Part shown: positions 16,165 to 28,068 of the stretch, piece after piece | Numbering within the stretch: position 1 is the stretch's first letter | How the letters are laid out: each line of letters begins with the position of its first letter | Source of the DNA: an uncultured delta proteobacterium | GTDB taxonomy: Bacteria; Myxococcota; Myxococcia; SLRQ01 | Assembly (NCBI GenBank): GCA_963727485.1 | Contig: CAVSGM010000001.1 | Location: 608,001 to 672,000 of the forward strand | Length of the DNA: 64,000 nucleotides | Direction of reading: 5' to 3' | Made by a program: the position numbers and the translations under genes | Notes under the pieces: generated by a model | The model's input: only the letters and a program-made list of their open reading frames with translations | Databases searched by the model: none | What the model was told of the DNA's origin: nothing

Positions 16165-18267
16165 CTAGACGGTGAAGCCGACTGGGAGGCCCGATGCACT
16201 CGACTGAAAAACCTCGCCCCGGATGCGTCGCAGCACCTCCGCGAGCCCGGGCCGTTCCCCCAGCACCCGCACCCGTCGCGCCACCACCGCCACGTCCCCC
16301 GCGGTCACCCCCTGGAGCCGCCGCATTGCCCGGGTCACCGCCCCGCGCTCCCCAGGCGTCAGCGCCCGCTCCAGCACCTCGCCGACCAGCACCGCGAGCC
16401 CCGCCGCATCCAGCGGCTTGAGCTCCACCTTGAACAGGAAGCGACGCAGCGCCGCGGGGTCGATCTCGTCCCAGAGGTTCGTGGTGCACGCGACCACGCC
16501 GCCAAACGACTCGAGCTGCTGCAGGACCTCGTCCACGACGGACAGCTCCCAGCCGTGGGTGGCGCCGCGGCGGTCGCGGAGCAGGGCGTCCACCTCGTCG
16601 AAGAGGAGCACCGCACCGGTGGCCTCGGCCTCGCGGAAGGCGTCGGCGATGGCGCGCTCGGTCTCCCCGAGAAAGCTGCCCAGGAGGTCCGAGCCCCGCC
16701 GCGCCACGACCGGCCGCCCCATCCGCCACGCGAGGTACCGGACGTAGGCGCTCTTGCCCGTCCCCGGCGGCCCGTAGAGGCACAGGGAGATCCCGCCGGC
16801 GCCCGGCGTCCACCCGGCGAGTTGGTCCGCCAGGGAGGCCGAATCCTCGGAGGCCCGCACCGCCTCCAGCTTGTAGCTGGCAGGCTCGAAGGTCACCGGG
16901 GCGCGCACCGGCCTGCCGGTTACCAGGGCCACCGAGGGCGCGAGCACCTGCTCCAGGGTCTCCCGCGACACCCCGCCGTCCTCGGAGACCAACCGCGCCG
17001 CCGACACCGCCGAGGCGAGCTGCGCCGGGGCCGCGTCGTAGCGGTTGGCGATGGCCTCCACCTCGACCTCGCTGAGGCCAGCGCCCCCCTCACCCAGGTG
17101 CCGGCGGAGCACCTGCTGGCGCTCCGGTGCCCCCAGCGACGGGAAGCGGATCACGTACCCGAAGCGCCGGAGAAACGCCGGGTCCATGTCGTCCACGTCG
17201 TTGGAGATCCAGATGGTGGGCACCGGGTTGCCCTCGAGGATGGCGTTGAACCACTGCTTGGACATCAGCGCCGCCGACGCCCCGGGGAAGATGCTCTGGA
17301 CGAAGACGTCCTCGAGCTCGTCGAAGAGGAGCAAGGCCGGCGTCCGGGCCAGGAGCTGGTGGCCGAGCTGGAGCGACGAGAGCCGGTCGCTCGCCGACGG
17401 CGTGCGCCCACTGCCGTCGGAGAGGCCGGCGACGTAGAGAGGCACCTCGAGGCGGCGAGCCAGGAGCCGCGCCAGCTCGGTCTTGCCGGTGCCGGTGGTG
17501 CCCACCAGGAGCACGTTGACCCCGCGGCGGCGGGTCTCGAGCGCCCGGCCCAGCAGGCGCTCCGCCAGCTCGACCTCGTCGGCGAGCCGGGCGAAGTCCG
17601 AGACCTCGAGGGTCGGAGGCGGCGCCGGGTCGAGGTAGTGGCGCAGCAGCTGCTCGGCGTCGAGCCCGGGCATGCGCACCAGGTCCGAGAGGCCCTCCTT
17701 GATCTCGATGTTGGCATCTCGCCAGTTGGTCTCGATCCGGCGCGCCAGCCCCCCAGCGACCAGGGGCGCCCTGCCGTGCGTGGCCGCGAGCACATGGGTC
17801 ACAGGCACCGCCAGCGCGTCGGCGATGCCCTCCGGCCCCTGGGGCTCGTGGCTGCGCAACGAGGCGAGGAAGTCCCGAAGGAGCCGGCTGGTACGCAGGG
17901 CGACCAGGTAGGTGAGCACCTGTCGGTCCAGGGTGCCGAGGTCGGCGATTCGTGCCAGGGTCCGGAGGCTGGTGCGCACGGGCTCGTCGGGCTCGGGTAC
18001 CGGGCCGGGCTGCGTGATCCGGGTGCGCAGGTGCCGCCGAACCCGCTCTGTCGCCGTGGCAGGATCCCGTGCGGCGCGTGTTCCACCGACCAGGGCCTGG
18101 AAGACCGGCGATTCGTCGAGCACCTCCGCTGCCAGCTCGTCCAGGCCGTTGGGCCCCACGACGAGCAGGAGGTTGTGAGCCCAGGCGAGGACGCACGGCC
18201 CGAACGGGTCGTTGGCGAGGGCTGGCGGCAGGGCGTGCTGCGCCGGGGATCGGGGCCGCGGGCTCAT
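16165..18267 (-). CDS. Double-AAA+ ATPase
   Basis: Two Walker A/B sets: GTTGTGKT/LLFDE and GPPGTGKS/LLFDE; SRH motifs DPAFLRRF and DPAALRRF. Confidence 0.9.
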   Translation of the reverse strand: MSPRPRSPAQHALPPALANDPFGPCVLAWAHNLLLVVGPNGLDELAAEVLDESPVFQALVGGTRAARDPATATERVRRHLRTRITQPGPVPEPDEPVRTSLRTLARIADLGTLDRQVLTYLVALRTSRLLRDFLASLRSHEPQGPEGIADALAVPVTHVLAATHGRAPLVAGGLARRIETNWRDANIEIKEGLSDLVRMPGLDAEQLLRHYLDPAPPPTLEVSDFARLADEVELAERLLGRALETRRRGVNVLLVGTTGTGKTELARLLARRLEVPLYVAGLSDGSGRTPSASDRLSSLQLGHQLLARTPALLLFDELEDVFVQSIFPGASAALMSKQWFNAILEGNPVPTIWISNDVDDMDPAFLRRFGYVIRFPSLGAPERQQVLRRHLGEGGAGLSEVEVEAIANRYDAAPAQLASAVSAARLVSEDGGVSRETLEQVLAPSVALVTGRPVRAPVTFEPASYKLEAVRASEDSASLADQLAGWTPGAGGISLCLYGPPGTGKSAYVRYLAWRMGRPVVARRGSDLLGSFLGETERAIADAFREAEATGAVLLFDEVDALLRDRRGATHGWELSVVDEVLQQLESFGGVVACTTNLWDEIDPAALRRFLFKVELKPLDAAGLAVLVGEVLERALTPGERGAVTRAMRRLQGVTAGDVAVVARRVRVLGERPGLAEVLRRIRGEVFQSSASGLPVGFTV

Positions 18268-18274
18268 CCCCCGT

Positions 18275-18296
18275 TCAATACGCCCCCGGTGTGACA
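18275..18296 (-). promoter_or_regulatory. PafBC/RecA-NDp-like promoter of the AAA gene (probably leaderless)
   Basis: TGTCAC-N10-TATTGA, then 7 nt to the ATG; the TGTCAC is one arm of a TGAC-N7-GTCA inverted repeat (18292-18306). Confidence 0.5.
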
Positions 18297-18413
18297 GTCC
18301 GGGTCAGACGGAAACCCGCCGGGTGATTCCTGGCTTCACCGGGCCAGCAGCGCGAGACCCGGGTAGAGTAGAACCCGCGTACTCTAATCCCTTGGACGGG
18401 GGGCTCGGCACAG

Positions 18414-18884
18414 ATGGACATCTACAGCATCGGAACCTTGCTCGTGGCTGGTGCGGCGCTGATCGCCTCGATCGTGAGCGTCCTGGAGATGCGTCGGCAG
18501 CGGCGCAACGACATCAAGCCCGTGCTTGCGGTCATCGAGAAGACGGCGTTGGACAAGGACACGGGAAAAAGAAGCTTGCACCTGTTTCTGGTGAACATGG
18601 GCCGGGCCGCTGCGCTGGATGTCCAGGTCACAACAGACCCGCCCGACCTGGTCAAGAAGCCTCACCAGACAGTCGTGGCACCAAACCGGCGGATCAAGCT
18701 GGCCTCGAACTACGAGCCGGAAGTCCTGCCATCCTTGAAGCTCGAAGCGGAGTACTCCGACCTGGACGGAACCACCTACCTGGATACGATTCTGGGGCAA
18801 CAAGGTGCAGCCGAGCGATGGCGGGGCGCGGCATGTCATCGAGCGGTGCCCTCGGAAGGACTCGAAGCGGCGGGCAAAGGTTGA
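18414..18884 (+). CDS. Hypothetical protein with N-terminal TM helix
   Basis: Hydrophobic N-terminus followed by RRQRR; L.NMGRAAALDV pattern; AT-richer than flanks. Confidence 0.6.
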   Translation: MDIYSIGTLLVAGAALIASIVSVLEMRRQRRNDIKPVLAVIEKTALDKDTGKRSLHLFLVNMGRAAALDVQVTTDPPDLVKKPHQTVVAPNRRIKLASNYEPEVLPSLKLEAEYSDLDGTTYLDTILGQQGAAERWRGAACHRAVPSEGLEAAGKG

Positions 18885-18971
18885 CAGGCCCTCCACCGAG
18901 CAGAGTCCCACCCCCAATGTGGGGCTGGGCTAGCGTCAGGAAGCGTCAAGACGAGGGAGGGACCAGGATTC

Positions 18972-19535
18972 ATGGCCGAACACTTCAAGTGGTTCTCTGA
19001 CTGGCAGGGCCGTCACGTCCAGTGTGGCTGCGGATGGTCAGGCGAGCTGACCAGCGACGCGGGGGATCCGTACGAGTCGCTCCTCGAAACGAACTGCGGT
19101 GCCCCGGGTGCGATGCCCTGCTCGCCACGGTCAGCTATCCCATGGAGGACGAGATCGAGGCGGCCAAGGACGCGGGTGACCCGCAGGCCATCGGGATGTG
19201 GGACCGGGTCCTGGCGGTGCGCGTGCGGCGCGCCCGACAGCTAAGACACAGGACATCGATGTCGACGCGCTTCCGGACCTGGCGGGCGACGCGCTGATCT
19301 TCGAGTTCGACGCGGAGAAGGTCGATGACGAGCGCTGGTACGTCGTTCGTCACGAGGACGTGAGCTGTGGCGAGAGCTCTCGGCCTGGGAGGATTGGCCT
19401 CGCTTCAACGCGATCAAGGACCTCCTCAAGGCTCGGTACGGCAGCCAGTTCCATCGGATCGAGCCCACCCAGGCCGCGGAGACGTCCCTGCTCGGCGACA
19501 GCATCTCGGCAATCTCCAAGCTCGAGTTCTCGTAG
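18972..19535 (+). CDS. Hypothetical protein with Zn-ribbon (about three frameshifts)
   Basis: Joined frames read VQCGCGWSG...LRCPGCDALL...ELWRELSAWEDWPRFNAIKDLLKARYG...KLEFS*. Confidence 0.55.
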
Positions 19536-19576
19536 CTGGGGAGGGTCCAGGGGCCGCGCCCGCGGTTGTCCCCGGC

Positions 19577-19598
19577 TGTCACACCCCTGCACTACACT
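19577..19598 (+). promoter_or_regulatory. PafBC/RecA-NDp-like promoter of the SbcD/YhaN-like operon
   Basis: TGTCAC-ACCCCTGCAC-TACACT, i.e. TGTCAC-N10-TAnnnT, 32 nt before the ATG. Confidence 0.6.
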
Positions 19599-19630
19599 GT
19601 GCCCCTCACGCGCGATCCCCGAGACCCGTC

Positions 19631-20922
19631 ATGCCCCGCCTCCTCTTCGTCGGCGACATCCACCTGGGCCGCAGGCCCACCAAGCTCCCGGACGACCTCG
19701 CCGGCCTGCGCCCCGCGGACCTGGGCCCGGCGGCGGCGTGGAGCGCCACGGTGGCGCACGCCCTGGCCGAGCGGGTCGATGCGGTGGTCCTCGCCGGCGA
19801 CGTGGTCGAGTCCCTCGGCGACCGGTTCGAGGCCTACGGCCACCTTCAGGGCGGGGTCGAGCGACTGACCAACGCGGGCATCCGGGTCATCGGGGTCGCC
19901 GGCAACCACGATGTCCGGGCGCTGCCCCACCTCGCCGAGCAGGTGCCCGGGTTCCAGCTCCTGGGCGCCGGCGGGACCTGGGCGCACGCCGACGTCACAG
20001 GCGCTGACGGGGCCACGGTCCGCCTGCTGGGCTGGCCGTTCCCCGCCGAGCGGCACCGGCGCGATCCGCTGGACGGGCCCCAGGTGCCCGCCGCTGAGGG
20101 CGTCGCCGTCCTCGGGGTCCTCCACTGTGATCTCGAGGGGCCGCCGACCAGCCCCTACGCCCCGGTGCGCCGGGTCGACCTCGAGCGCCAGTCGGTCGAC
20201 GAGCTGGCTCCTCGGGCACGTGCATCGCCCGAGCGATCTGTCGGGCGACCGGCCCTCGGGTACCTGGGGTCCCTCTCGGCCCTCGACCCCGGCGAGCCCG
20301 GCGCCCACGGGCCCTGGGGGGTCGAGGCCGACGGGCCCGGGGGGTTGGGGCCACCCAGGTGCCGCTGGCGCCCATGCGCTACGAGCAGCGCGCCCTCGAC
20401 GTCTCCGAGGTCGGCGCCGACGGGGGGCATTCCCCCGAGGCCGCCCTGGAGCGCGCGGTCCTCGTGAAGCTGGCCGAGGTCGCCGAGCAGTGCGACGCCG
20501 AGGACGCGGACGCCAAGGTCGTCGCCTGCCGCCTGACGCTCACCGGGCGGTCGGCGCACCACGCGGCTTTCGCCCGGGCTGTTGACGCGGGGCTCGCGGC
20601 GCTCTCCCAGAGCCTCGGCGCCCGCCAGGTCTACGTGGAGAAGATCGTCGACGAGGCGGCGGCGGCCCTCGACCTCAAGGCCCTCGCCCGGGGATCGAGC
20701 CCGCCCGAGCTCCTCGCCCGGCGCCTGGTGGCCCTGGAGGCCGGGGGCGAGGCCGCGGCCGAGCTGGCCGCCGGGCCCGGGAGCAGCTGAGGGCCACCGC
20801 GTCCCAGCCCGCCTTCGCCGACCTCGGCGAGGAGCCCCTCGATGACACCGCCCTCCGCCGCCACCTCCTCCGCGCCGGCCGCGAGGCCCTCAGCGCCTCC
20901 CGCCCAGAAGGAGGACCGGTGA
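19631..20922 (+). CDS. SbcD/Mre11/YhaO-like metallophosphoesterase DNA-repair exonuclease (frameshifted)
   Basis: GDIHLG, LAGDVVE, AGNHD, LHCD, and in shifted frames WLLGHVH and YLGS; probable stop overlaps the next GTG. Confidence 0.88.
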
Positions 20923-23900
20923 AGCTCAAGGGCCTCGCCGTGCGCCGGCTCCACGACCTCGGCGGGTTCCAGGTCGACGATCTCGCCCCGGGCCTGAACC
21001 TCCTCGTCGGGCCCAACGGCTCGGGGAAGACCTCGGTGATGAACGCCGCGCGCGCGGTGCTCTGGGGCACGCCCAGCTGCCCCACGCGGAACTGGTCACC
21101 GTGTGGGACGACGGGCGGGACACCTGGCGCGCGGCGCTGGTCGGCGGGGCGGCCGGGTGGCAGCGCGGGGGCGTCGACGTGCCCCCGCCGGAGGTCCCCG
21201 ACGCCGCCCTCGCGGCGAGCTCGGCGGCGGGCCTGCGCGAGCTGCTCACCGGGGGCGAGACCGAGCAGGCCCTCCTCGACCGGGTGCGGCGGCAGATGGC
21301 CGGGGGCTACGATTCGCGGGCCTCCTCGAGGGCTACGCGGGCAAGCGCTGGCCGGGGCGCGCGGAGCAGAAGGCGCTCCGGGAGCAGCGCGAGGCCAAGC
21401 GGGCCATCGAGAGGCGGCGGGCCGAGCTGGCGCGGCGTGAGGACGGCCTGGCGGCCCTGCGGCAGCAGCGCCTCAGGGCGCTGGCGGCAAGGGACGAGGC
21501 CGAGCGCCTGGGCAGGCCCTGGAGCGCGCGCGGGTCGCCGCCGAGCGCGCCGCCGCCGAGCAGCGCGTCGCGGGGTTCCAGGACGGGGTGACGGTGGCCA
21601 CCGCCGACGCCCGCGATTACCTCCGGGAGTGGGACGAGGGCCTGGCCGAGGCCCGGCGCGCCGCCGACGCCGCCCGCCACTATTCGACCGGGCCGCCGAG
21701 GCCGCCCGGGCGGCGGGGATCGACGCGCCGCTGGAGGGCGGGGACTCTCGCTGCCGCGCGCGAGCACGCCCGGCAGGTGCGCGATCGCGCCCGGGACGCG
21801 GCCGAGGCAGGGCGCGCCGCCGAAGCCGCCCGCGCCGAGGTCGCACGGGCGCGGCAGGCGCTGGCGCCGGACCCTCGACCCCGAGGCCGCCGGGCCCGCC
21901 CCGACCTCGACCTCGACGCGGTGCAGGCCTGGGCAGAGGACGTCCTCCGGGCCCGGGCGGCGCTGGACGAGGTGGAGGCCCGGCTCGCGGTCGTTGCCTC
22001 GGACCTCGAGGGGCTCGGCCCCGTCCCCGACGTCGCCGAGGCCGAGGCCCTGGGGCGCGCCGCGGCTCCCCTCGAGGGGGCGGCGGTCGCCGGCGCCGGC
22101 GCCAGGTGGCCCGCGTGGCGCCTGGGGCTCGGGGGGCATCCTGATGGTGGCCGGCGGCGCGCTCGCGGTGCTGGCGAGCCCCTGGTCGATCGCCCTTTTC
22201 GGCTTGGGGGTCGGGCTGCTGGTCGGGCTGCTGGCGGTGCCCCGGCTCCATATGGCGGCGCCGCGGCGGCGCAGGCGCGGTGGCCCGGCGGCGTCGACGC
22301 CCCGGCGAGCTGGGATACCGCCGACGTCGCCGCGACCCTGGACCAGCTTCCCGGCGCGCCGGGCCGCCGCCGACCAGGCGCGGATCCTCGAGGACGCCCG
22401 CTGGCGCCTCACCCACGCGCGCTGCCGGGCACCACACCGAGCTCGAAGAGCTCACCGCCCGGCGGGACGACCCGCCGTCGGCATCGACGTCGACCCGCAG
22501 CCAGGCCACCCGCGCCTCGCCGACCTCCTCCGCCGCCTCGCCGAGTGGCGCGCTGCGGCCGGGGGCGGCGGCGGCGAGGGGGTCGAGGCCGACCGACGCC
22601 GACGCCCGGCTCGCCGAGGCCACCGCCGCCCTCACCGCCGCGCTCGGTCGCCTCGGTCGGCGGCGGGGTCCCCGTAAACGAGGCCGAGGCGAGGCTCGAC
22701 GCCCTCGACACCCAGAGCCAGGCCCTCCGCGCCGCCCGGCGCGACGAGGCGCTGACGCCCGCCGGCGCCTCGACGAGCAGGAGGCCAGGGCCACCCGCCT
22801 CGAGGCCCGGATCCAGGCGCTCCTCGACGCCGCCGGGGTCGGGGACCTGGGCGCCGACGTCGCCGGGCCCGCCCCTCGACGAGCTGGCCGGCCAGCGCCC
22901 GGGCGTGGGAGGCCGCGCGCGAGGAGGCCGGGCGCCTCGCCCACCGCGCCGGCGAGCCTGAGGCCGCCCTCGCCGATGACCCCACATCGCTCGACCTCGG
23001 CCGCCCGGCCCTCGAGGCGCGCCTGGGCTACGCCGACGCCCGCGCCGGGCGCCTCGAGGAGATTGTCGCCGAGATCTCCCGCACCGAGGCGGCCCTGGAG
23101 GCCGAGCGCGGCTCCCAGGACTACGAGGACGCCCTCGCCGAGGTCGCCGCCGCCGAGCAGAGGCTGGCCGACGTCCGCGACGGCGCCCTCCACGACGTCG
23201 CCGCGCGCCCCCTCCTCGAGGACGTCCAGGCCACCCACGCCGAGAAACAGACCCGGGGGCGTCCCAGCGGGCCCGGGCGCTCTTCACCCGCTTCACCCTG
23301 GGGCCGCTACTACCTCGCCCTCGGTGGTGCGGGCACCGGGCACCTCGAGCTGCGCGCGGTGGACACCGAGGCCCTCGGGGGCGCCGGGCTCGGCCTCGCC
23401 GCCCTCTCCGACGGCACCAGGATGCAGCTGCTCCTGGCGACGCGCGTCGCCTTCGCCACCGGCGAGGAGCACGGCCGGCCCCTGCCGCTCTTCCTCGACG
23501 AGTCGCTCACCGCCACCGATCCCGCGCGCTTCGGGGCGGTGGCCGACGCGGTGCTGGCGCTGGCCGAGGACGGCCGGCAGATCTTCTACCTCACCTCGGA
23601 TCCCGCCGACGTGGCGCGGTGGCAGCAGGCGTGCGCGCGGCGGGGTGCCGTCGCGCCGCGGGTGGTGGATCTCGCCCGGGTGCGACAGGTCGAAGGCGCC
23701 CTCGACCCGGCGGACCTGGCGCTGCCGGTGGCGCCCGAGGTCCCGGCGCCCGACGGCCACGACGCCGCCGAGTACGGCCGGCGCCTGGGCGTGCCCCGCT
23801 TCGACCCCTTCGCCGGCGGCGACTCGGTGCACCTCTTCCACCTCCTCCGCGACGACCTGCCCCTGCTCCACCGGCTCCTCGCCGAGGGGCGGGTCACGCA

Positions 23901-24390
23901 GCTCGGGCCCCTGCGCCGGGTCCTCGCCCTCGATGGCGCCGGGCTCCTCGCCGACGGCGAGCGGGCGCGGGTGGCGGCCCTGGGCGAGGTCGCCCGGGCC
24001 TTCGCCGAGGCCTGGCGGGTGGGGCGGGGGAGGCCGGTGGACCGGGCGGTGCTCGAGGCCAGCGGCGCGGTGAGCGACGCCTTCATCGACAAGGTGACCG
24101 AGGTCGCCGCCGAGCTTGGGGGTGACGCCGCGGCGCTGCTCTCGGCCTTCAACGCCGCGGGCGCCGACCGCGACGATCGCCTCAAGGGCTTCCGCAGCAA
24201 GTCCCTGGAGCAGCTCGAGGCCTACCTCCGGGACGAGGGCCATCTCGACGATCGTGCCCGGCTCCCGGAGGCCGAGATCCTCGCCCGGTGTCGCGACGCC
24301 GTCGCCGGCGCCCTCGACGGCGGCGCCCTGGACCCGGGCGACGTCGCCCGCACCGTCCGGGCCCTGGAGGCGGCGACCGGCGCGCGCTGA
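20919..24390 (+). CDS. YhaN/SbcC-like coiled-coil ABC-type ATPase (many frameshifts)
   Basis: N-terminal GPNGSGKTS Walker A; long Ala/Glu/Arg coiled coil with a hydrophobic segment; LSDGTRMQLLLATR signature and LPLFLDE Walker B. Confidence 0.85.
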
Positions 24391-24399
24391 CCGGCGCCG

Positions 24400-26007
24400 T
24401 CAGGCCCCCGGGCCCAGGGTCGCCACGAAGAACGTCCGCAGCGCCCCGAAGAGCTCGCCGGAGGCGGCCTGGTACTCCTCCGCGTCGGCCTCGTCCTGGG
24501 GGGACTGGTCGTTCCAGGAGCCCATGCCTCCGAACACGTCGGCCACGTCGCAGGCGAGAAGCGCGCGATGCCTCTCGGGCGCGGCGCCGGCCCGGCGAAG
24601 GATTGCCAGGTCGCCGAGCTTGTCCCCATAGACCTTCCGCGCCATCTCCGAGAACCCGGCGGCCTCGAGGGCGGCGAGGTCCGCCGCGGGATCCGGCGCC
24701 CGCGACAGGCCCTGGGCGTCGAGGACGAAGGCGGCGAGCTTGAAGGCCTCGGCGAACGGCGAGCCCATGCGCTCGGCGATGGCCTCGGTGCGCGTGAGCG
24801 CTGACCGGAACCGATCCCGCGCCGACGCCGCATCGGGGGGCGCCGGCACCTCGGCCAGGGGTCCCTGGGGCTCGAAGCAGTAGAGGGTCCAGGGCCCGGG
24901 GTTGGGCGCGAAGTGGAGCCGCTCCCCGGCGGGGAGGTAGTCGCGGCGCGCCTCCGGGTCAAGGGAGTCGACGAGGGTCCCGACCTTGCCCGAAAGCGCC
25001 GAGGGCACCTCCAGCTTCGTATCGGCGAGGCGACGGCCATCTGCACCGCCGTCAGGTACATGTTGCTCATGGCCCGCAGCTCGTCCGGGTCCATGACCAG
25101 GAGGCGCTCGGGCACGCCGGCGGAATCCGCCGGGGCCCGGTCGGGATCGGTCTGGGTCATGACCTTCTGGATCCGCGCCCACGCCGCCTCGGCGCAGGGC
25201 AGCGACGACACCCAGGCGACAATCTCCTCCCCCGGCACCGGCTCCAGGAGCGAGAGCCGGTCGTCGGAGGGGATCGACGCCCTGGCCGCCTCGGGATCCG
25301 TCTCGGCGAGGTAGCGGCGCTCGAAGGCGTCGGGATCGCGCCGGACGAAGAGGTCTTCCTCGTCGGGCCCGATGTCCAGGGTCTCTCCGAGCTCCCAGGC
25401 TCCGGAGCTGCACCGCGTTGAGGACCGAGTACCCCGCGCCGCCGAGCGCCCACCGCCGAGCAGGGGGTCGGCGGCCGAGGCGTCGAGGTCGGCGTCGGGG
25501 ATGGGCGGCCGCTGGTTCATCTCGGTGAACTCGTCGAGCTCGCGCCGCGCCGCCTCACGCAAGGCCTCGGCATGGGGCTGGCGATCGAGCCAGGCGAGAA
25601 ACTGCGCCGAGGTAATAGTGTGCTCGGGGCTGGAGAGGTACTGGAGGACGTAGCGCGCGGCGGGCACGCCCTCGGTGCTGGCGCCAATACCGAGGACCTG
25701 GATCATCGCGCCGGCGAAGGCGGCGAATGTGGGTCTCGGCAATCCCCGGTCGGGCGACGGGCTGGGCGTGGAGCACCCAGGCGGCGACCGGCCCGCCGCC
25801 CGGGTGGCGTCAATCCAGGGGAGCAGCCCCCCACGGTGCGGCCGTCGGCGAGGGTGCCGCCCACCGAGAGGCGGCCAGGGCTGCGCGGGTGGAGCAGGTC
25901 GTAGGCCGCGCAGCCCTCGAGGCGGAGGCTCGCGCCGCCGGGTAGTCGGCCTCGGGGCGCTGGAGGAGGAGCACGGTGAGGGACAGGAGGAAGTCGTCGA
26001 GGTGCAT
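24400..26007 (-). CDS. Hypothetical protein with C-terminal VFGGMGSWND motif (frameshifted)
   Basis: Coding-like segments in three frames from MHLDDFLLSL to DVFGGMGSWNDQ...FFVATLGPGA*. Confidence 0.55.
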
Positions 26008-26140
26008 CGGTCCATATGAGGCCTCGGCCTTGCCAGCGTTCAAGTGCGCCGGCGGCGGCAGGGGGCCCTTGTCAACTCCGATGAGCCGCGTGTACGCTCG
26101 CGAACCATGACAACCGAACGCCTCATGGCGGGGGGTCGAC

Positions 26141-27560
26141 ATGCATCGGCTGGTGCTCGTGGCGGTGGCTCTGGTCTCGTTGACGGCATGCGGCGGCGGA
26201 GGCGGTGACACCGGGGGAGGGGACGGGGGGAGCGGCGCCGCCGACGGTGGCGGAGGTGGCGGCGGTGGCGGTGGCGGTGGCGGTGGCGGTGGCGGCACCA
26301 CGCTTTTCGCCGGCGCCATGTTTGCCGACTACGGCCCGGCGGCGTCGAACTCGCACCAGCCGGACCTGGTGGTGGACGCGGCCGGCATCACCCACCTCGT
26401 CTACACCGGCTACACCCCGAACGACGCCAACGTCGACCCGGTGCGCTACGGCGAGTGCGCCGCCAACTGCCAGGTGGACGGCTCCTGGACCTTCACCACC
26501 CTGGGCAAGGTGGGCGCCTTCGGCGGGCGAACGCACCTGGCCGTGGGTTCGGACGGGCGCGCCCACGTGGTGTGGACCGAGCAGCAGTCCATCGACGGCG
26601 TGGCCACCCTGCACTACGCGACCTGCGCCAGCGGTTGCGCCGACGCCTCGGCCTGGCAGCAGGGGGCCATCGAAGTGCAGAACGGGCCGAGCACCCCGGC
26701 GCCGTTCCTGGTCTACGGCCACAGCCTGGCGCTGGACGCCCAGGGCCATCCCCGCGTGGTGTACCGGCGCGACTGGCCGCAGGAGCACACCTTCTTCGCC
26801 CAGTGCGACGCCAACTGCACGCAGCCGTCCTCGTGGTCGGTGGTGCAGCTGAACGCGTCACCGACCTTCGCGGCCGAGCTGGATCCCGCGGCGGCGTGGC
26901 GCACCTGATGGCCACCTATCTCGACACCATCCTCTACTACCAGGAGTGCGCCGGCAGCTGCGCCAACGCCGGGAGCTGGACGGCGCCCGCGCCCACCTTC
27001 TTCGACAGCACCCAGTTGGTGCTCCCTAACTTCGACGCCCAGGGGCACCCGCGGCTGCTCTTCGACCAGGGCAGCGCCAACTCCACGGACTCCGGGGTGA
27101 AGGCCCACAATCGGACGGTGAACTACGCGTGGTGCGACGCCAACTGCACCATCGGCACCAGCTGGGCCGGCTACGTGATGCCCTTCGACCTGGACACGGG
27201 CAAGGACGGCCTGGCGCTCGCCCACGACGCCGACGGAACACCGGTGATCGCCGTCGAGAAGCCCAACAGCAATCTCCTGGTCGCCACCTGCACCGGGTCC
27301 TGCGAGTCGACGAGCGCCAACTGGATCGGGCAGACGGTGGACTCATCGGACCTCTTGGCGGCTGCCACCAACGCGCCGCAGCCCACCTGCGACCCCGGGT
27401 ATGCGCCGGCTGCCTTCTGGTATCCGGGCGACTCGGTGCGCCTCGCCTTCGACGCCGCCGGCAACCCCCGCCTCGCCTACGAGGCCTACGTGCTGCCAGA
27501 AGTGCGGAGGCGGCAACCCAGCGGAGGCCGTGCGCCTGACGCGCTACGCTTCAAATCCCA
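26141..27560 (+). CDS. Lipoprotein with Gly tract and six CxxxC...W repeats, probable beta-propeller (frameshifts near 26885 and 27495; end approximate)
   Basis: Lipobox LTA|C; repeats YGECAANC, YATCASGC, FAQCDANC, YQECAGSC, YAWCDANC, VATCTGSC alternate with L..D..G.PH/R strands. Confidence 0.7.
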
Positions 27561-27760
27561 CGGCAGCGGTCGTCGCGAAGGGAACGCCGGAACCGGTCCA
27601 GGGTGGGGATGTGGCCGAAGTCCACGGAGCTCACCGTTCGCCGGAGACTCGTGAAAGCCTGCGAACGTCCCTGCGCGCATCGGCGTGCCTGGGCACCGCA
27701 TCCGCCACCGTCGCCCTAATCGACGCTGCCGGCGAGCGGGGCGGGCTCGATGGAGACACG

Positions 27761-28068
27761 ATGGGGGACGTTGGGCCCAAGGGCGCGGCCCCGGTGGACC
27801 GGGGGACAATCGCGCGCGAGGTGATCGCGCGTCTGGCCGCGGCGGCGCACGTGGACGCCAAGGACGTCAGCGAGCACGACTCGCTGGAGCTCGACCTCGG
27901 CTTCGACGCCGACGGCAAGCGGACCCTGGCGGCCGACTACGACGCCGTCATCCACGCGCACCACGGCGAGCCGGTCACCATGGACGACGCCGGGCCCTCA
28001 AGACGGTGAAGGACGCGGTGGACCTGGTCTTCCATCACGGCGGCGGCCACGACGGCGGGGGCGACGCG
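27761..28068 (+). CDS. Acyl-carrier-protein-like protein lacking the phosphopantetheine Ser (frameshift near 27995; end approximate)
   Basis: GGAG RBS; EVIARLA...V.....SLELDLGFDA...VTMDDA..LKTVKDAVDLV follows the ACP four-helix pattern. Confidence 0.55.

Noticed and set aside
26246..26295. GGC/GGT runs (also about 56425, 56900, 57380) as CRISPR or non-coding repeats
   Set aside because: They encode poly-Gly linkers inside CDSs; no repeat-spacer array or cas genes were seen in the window
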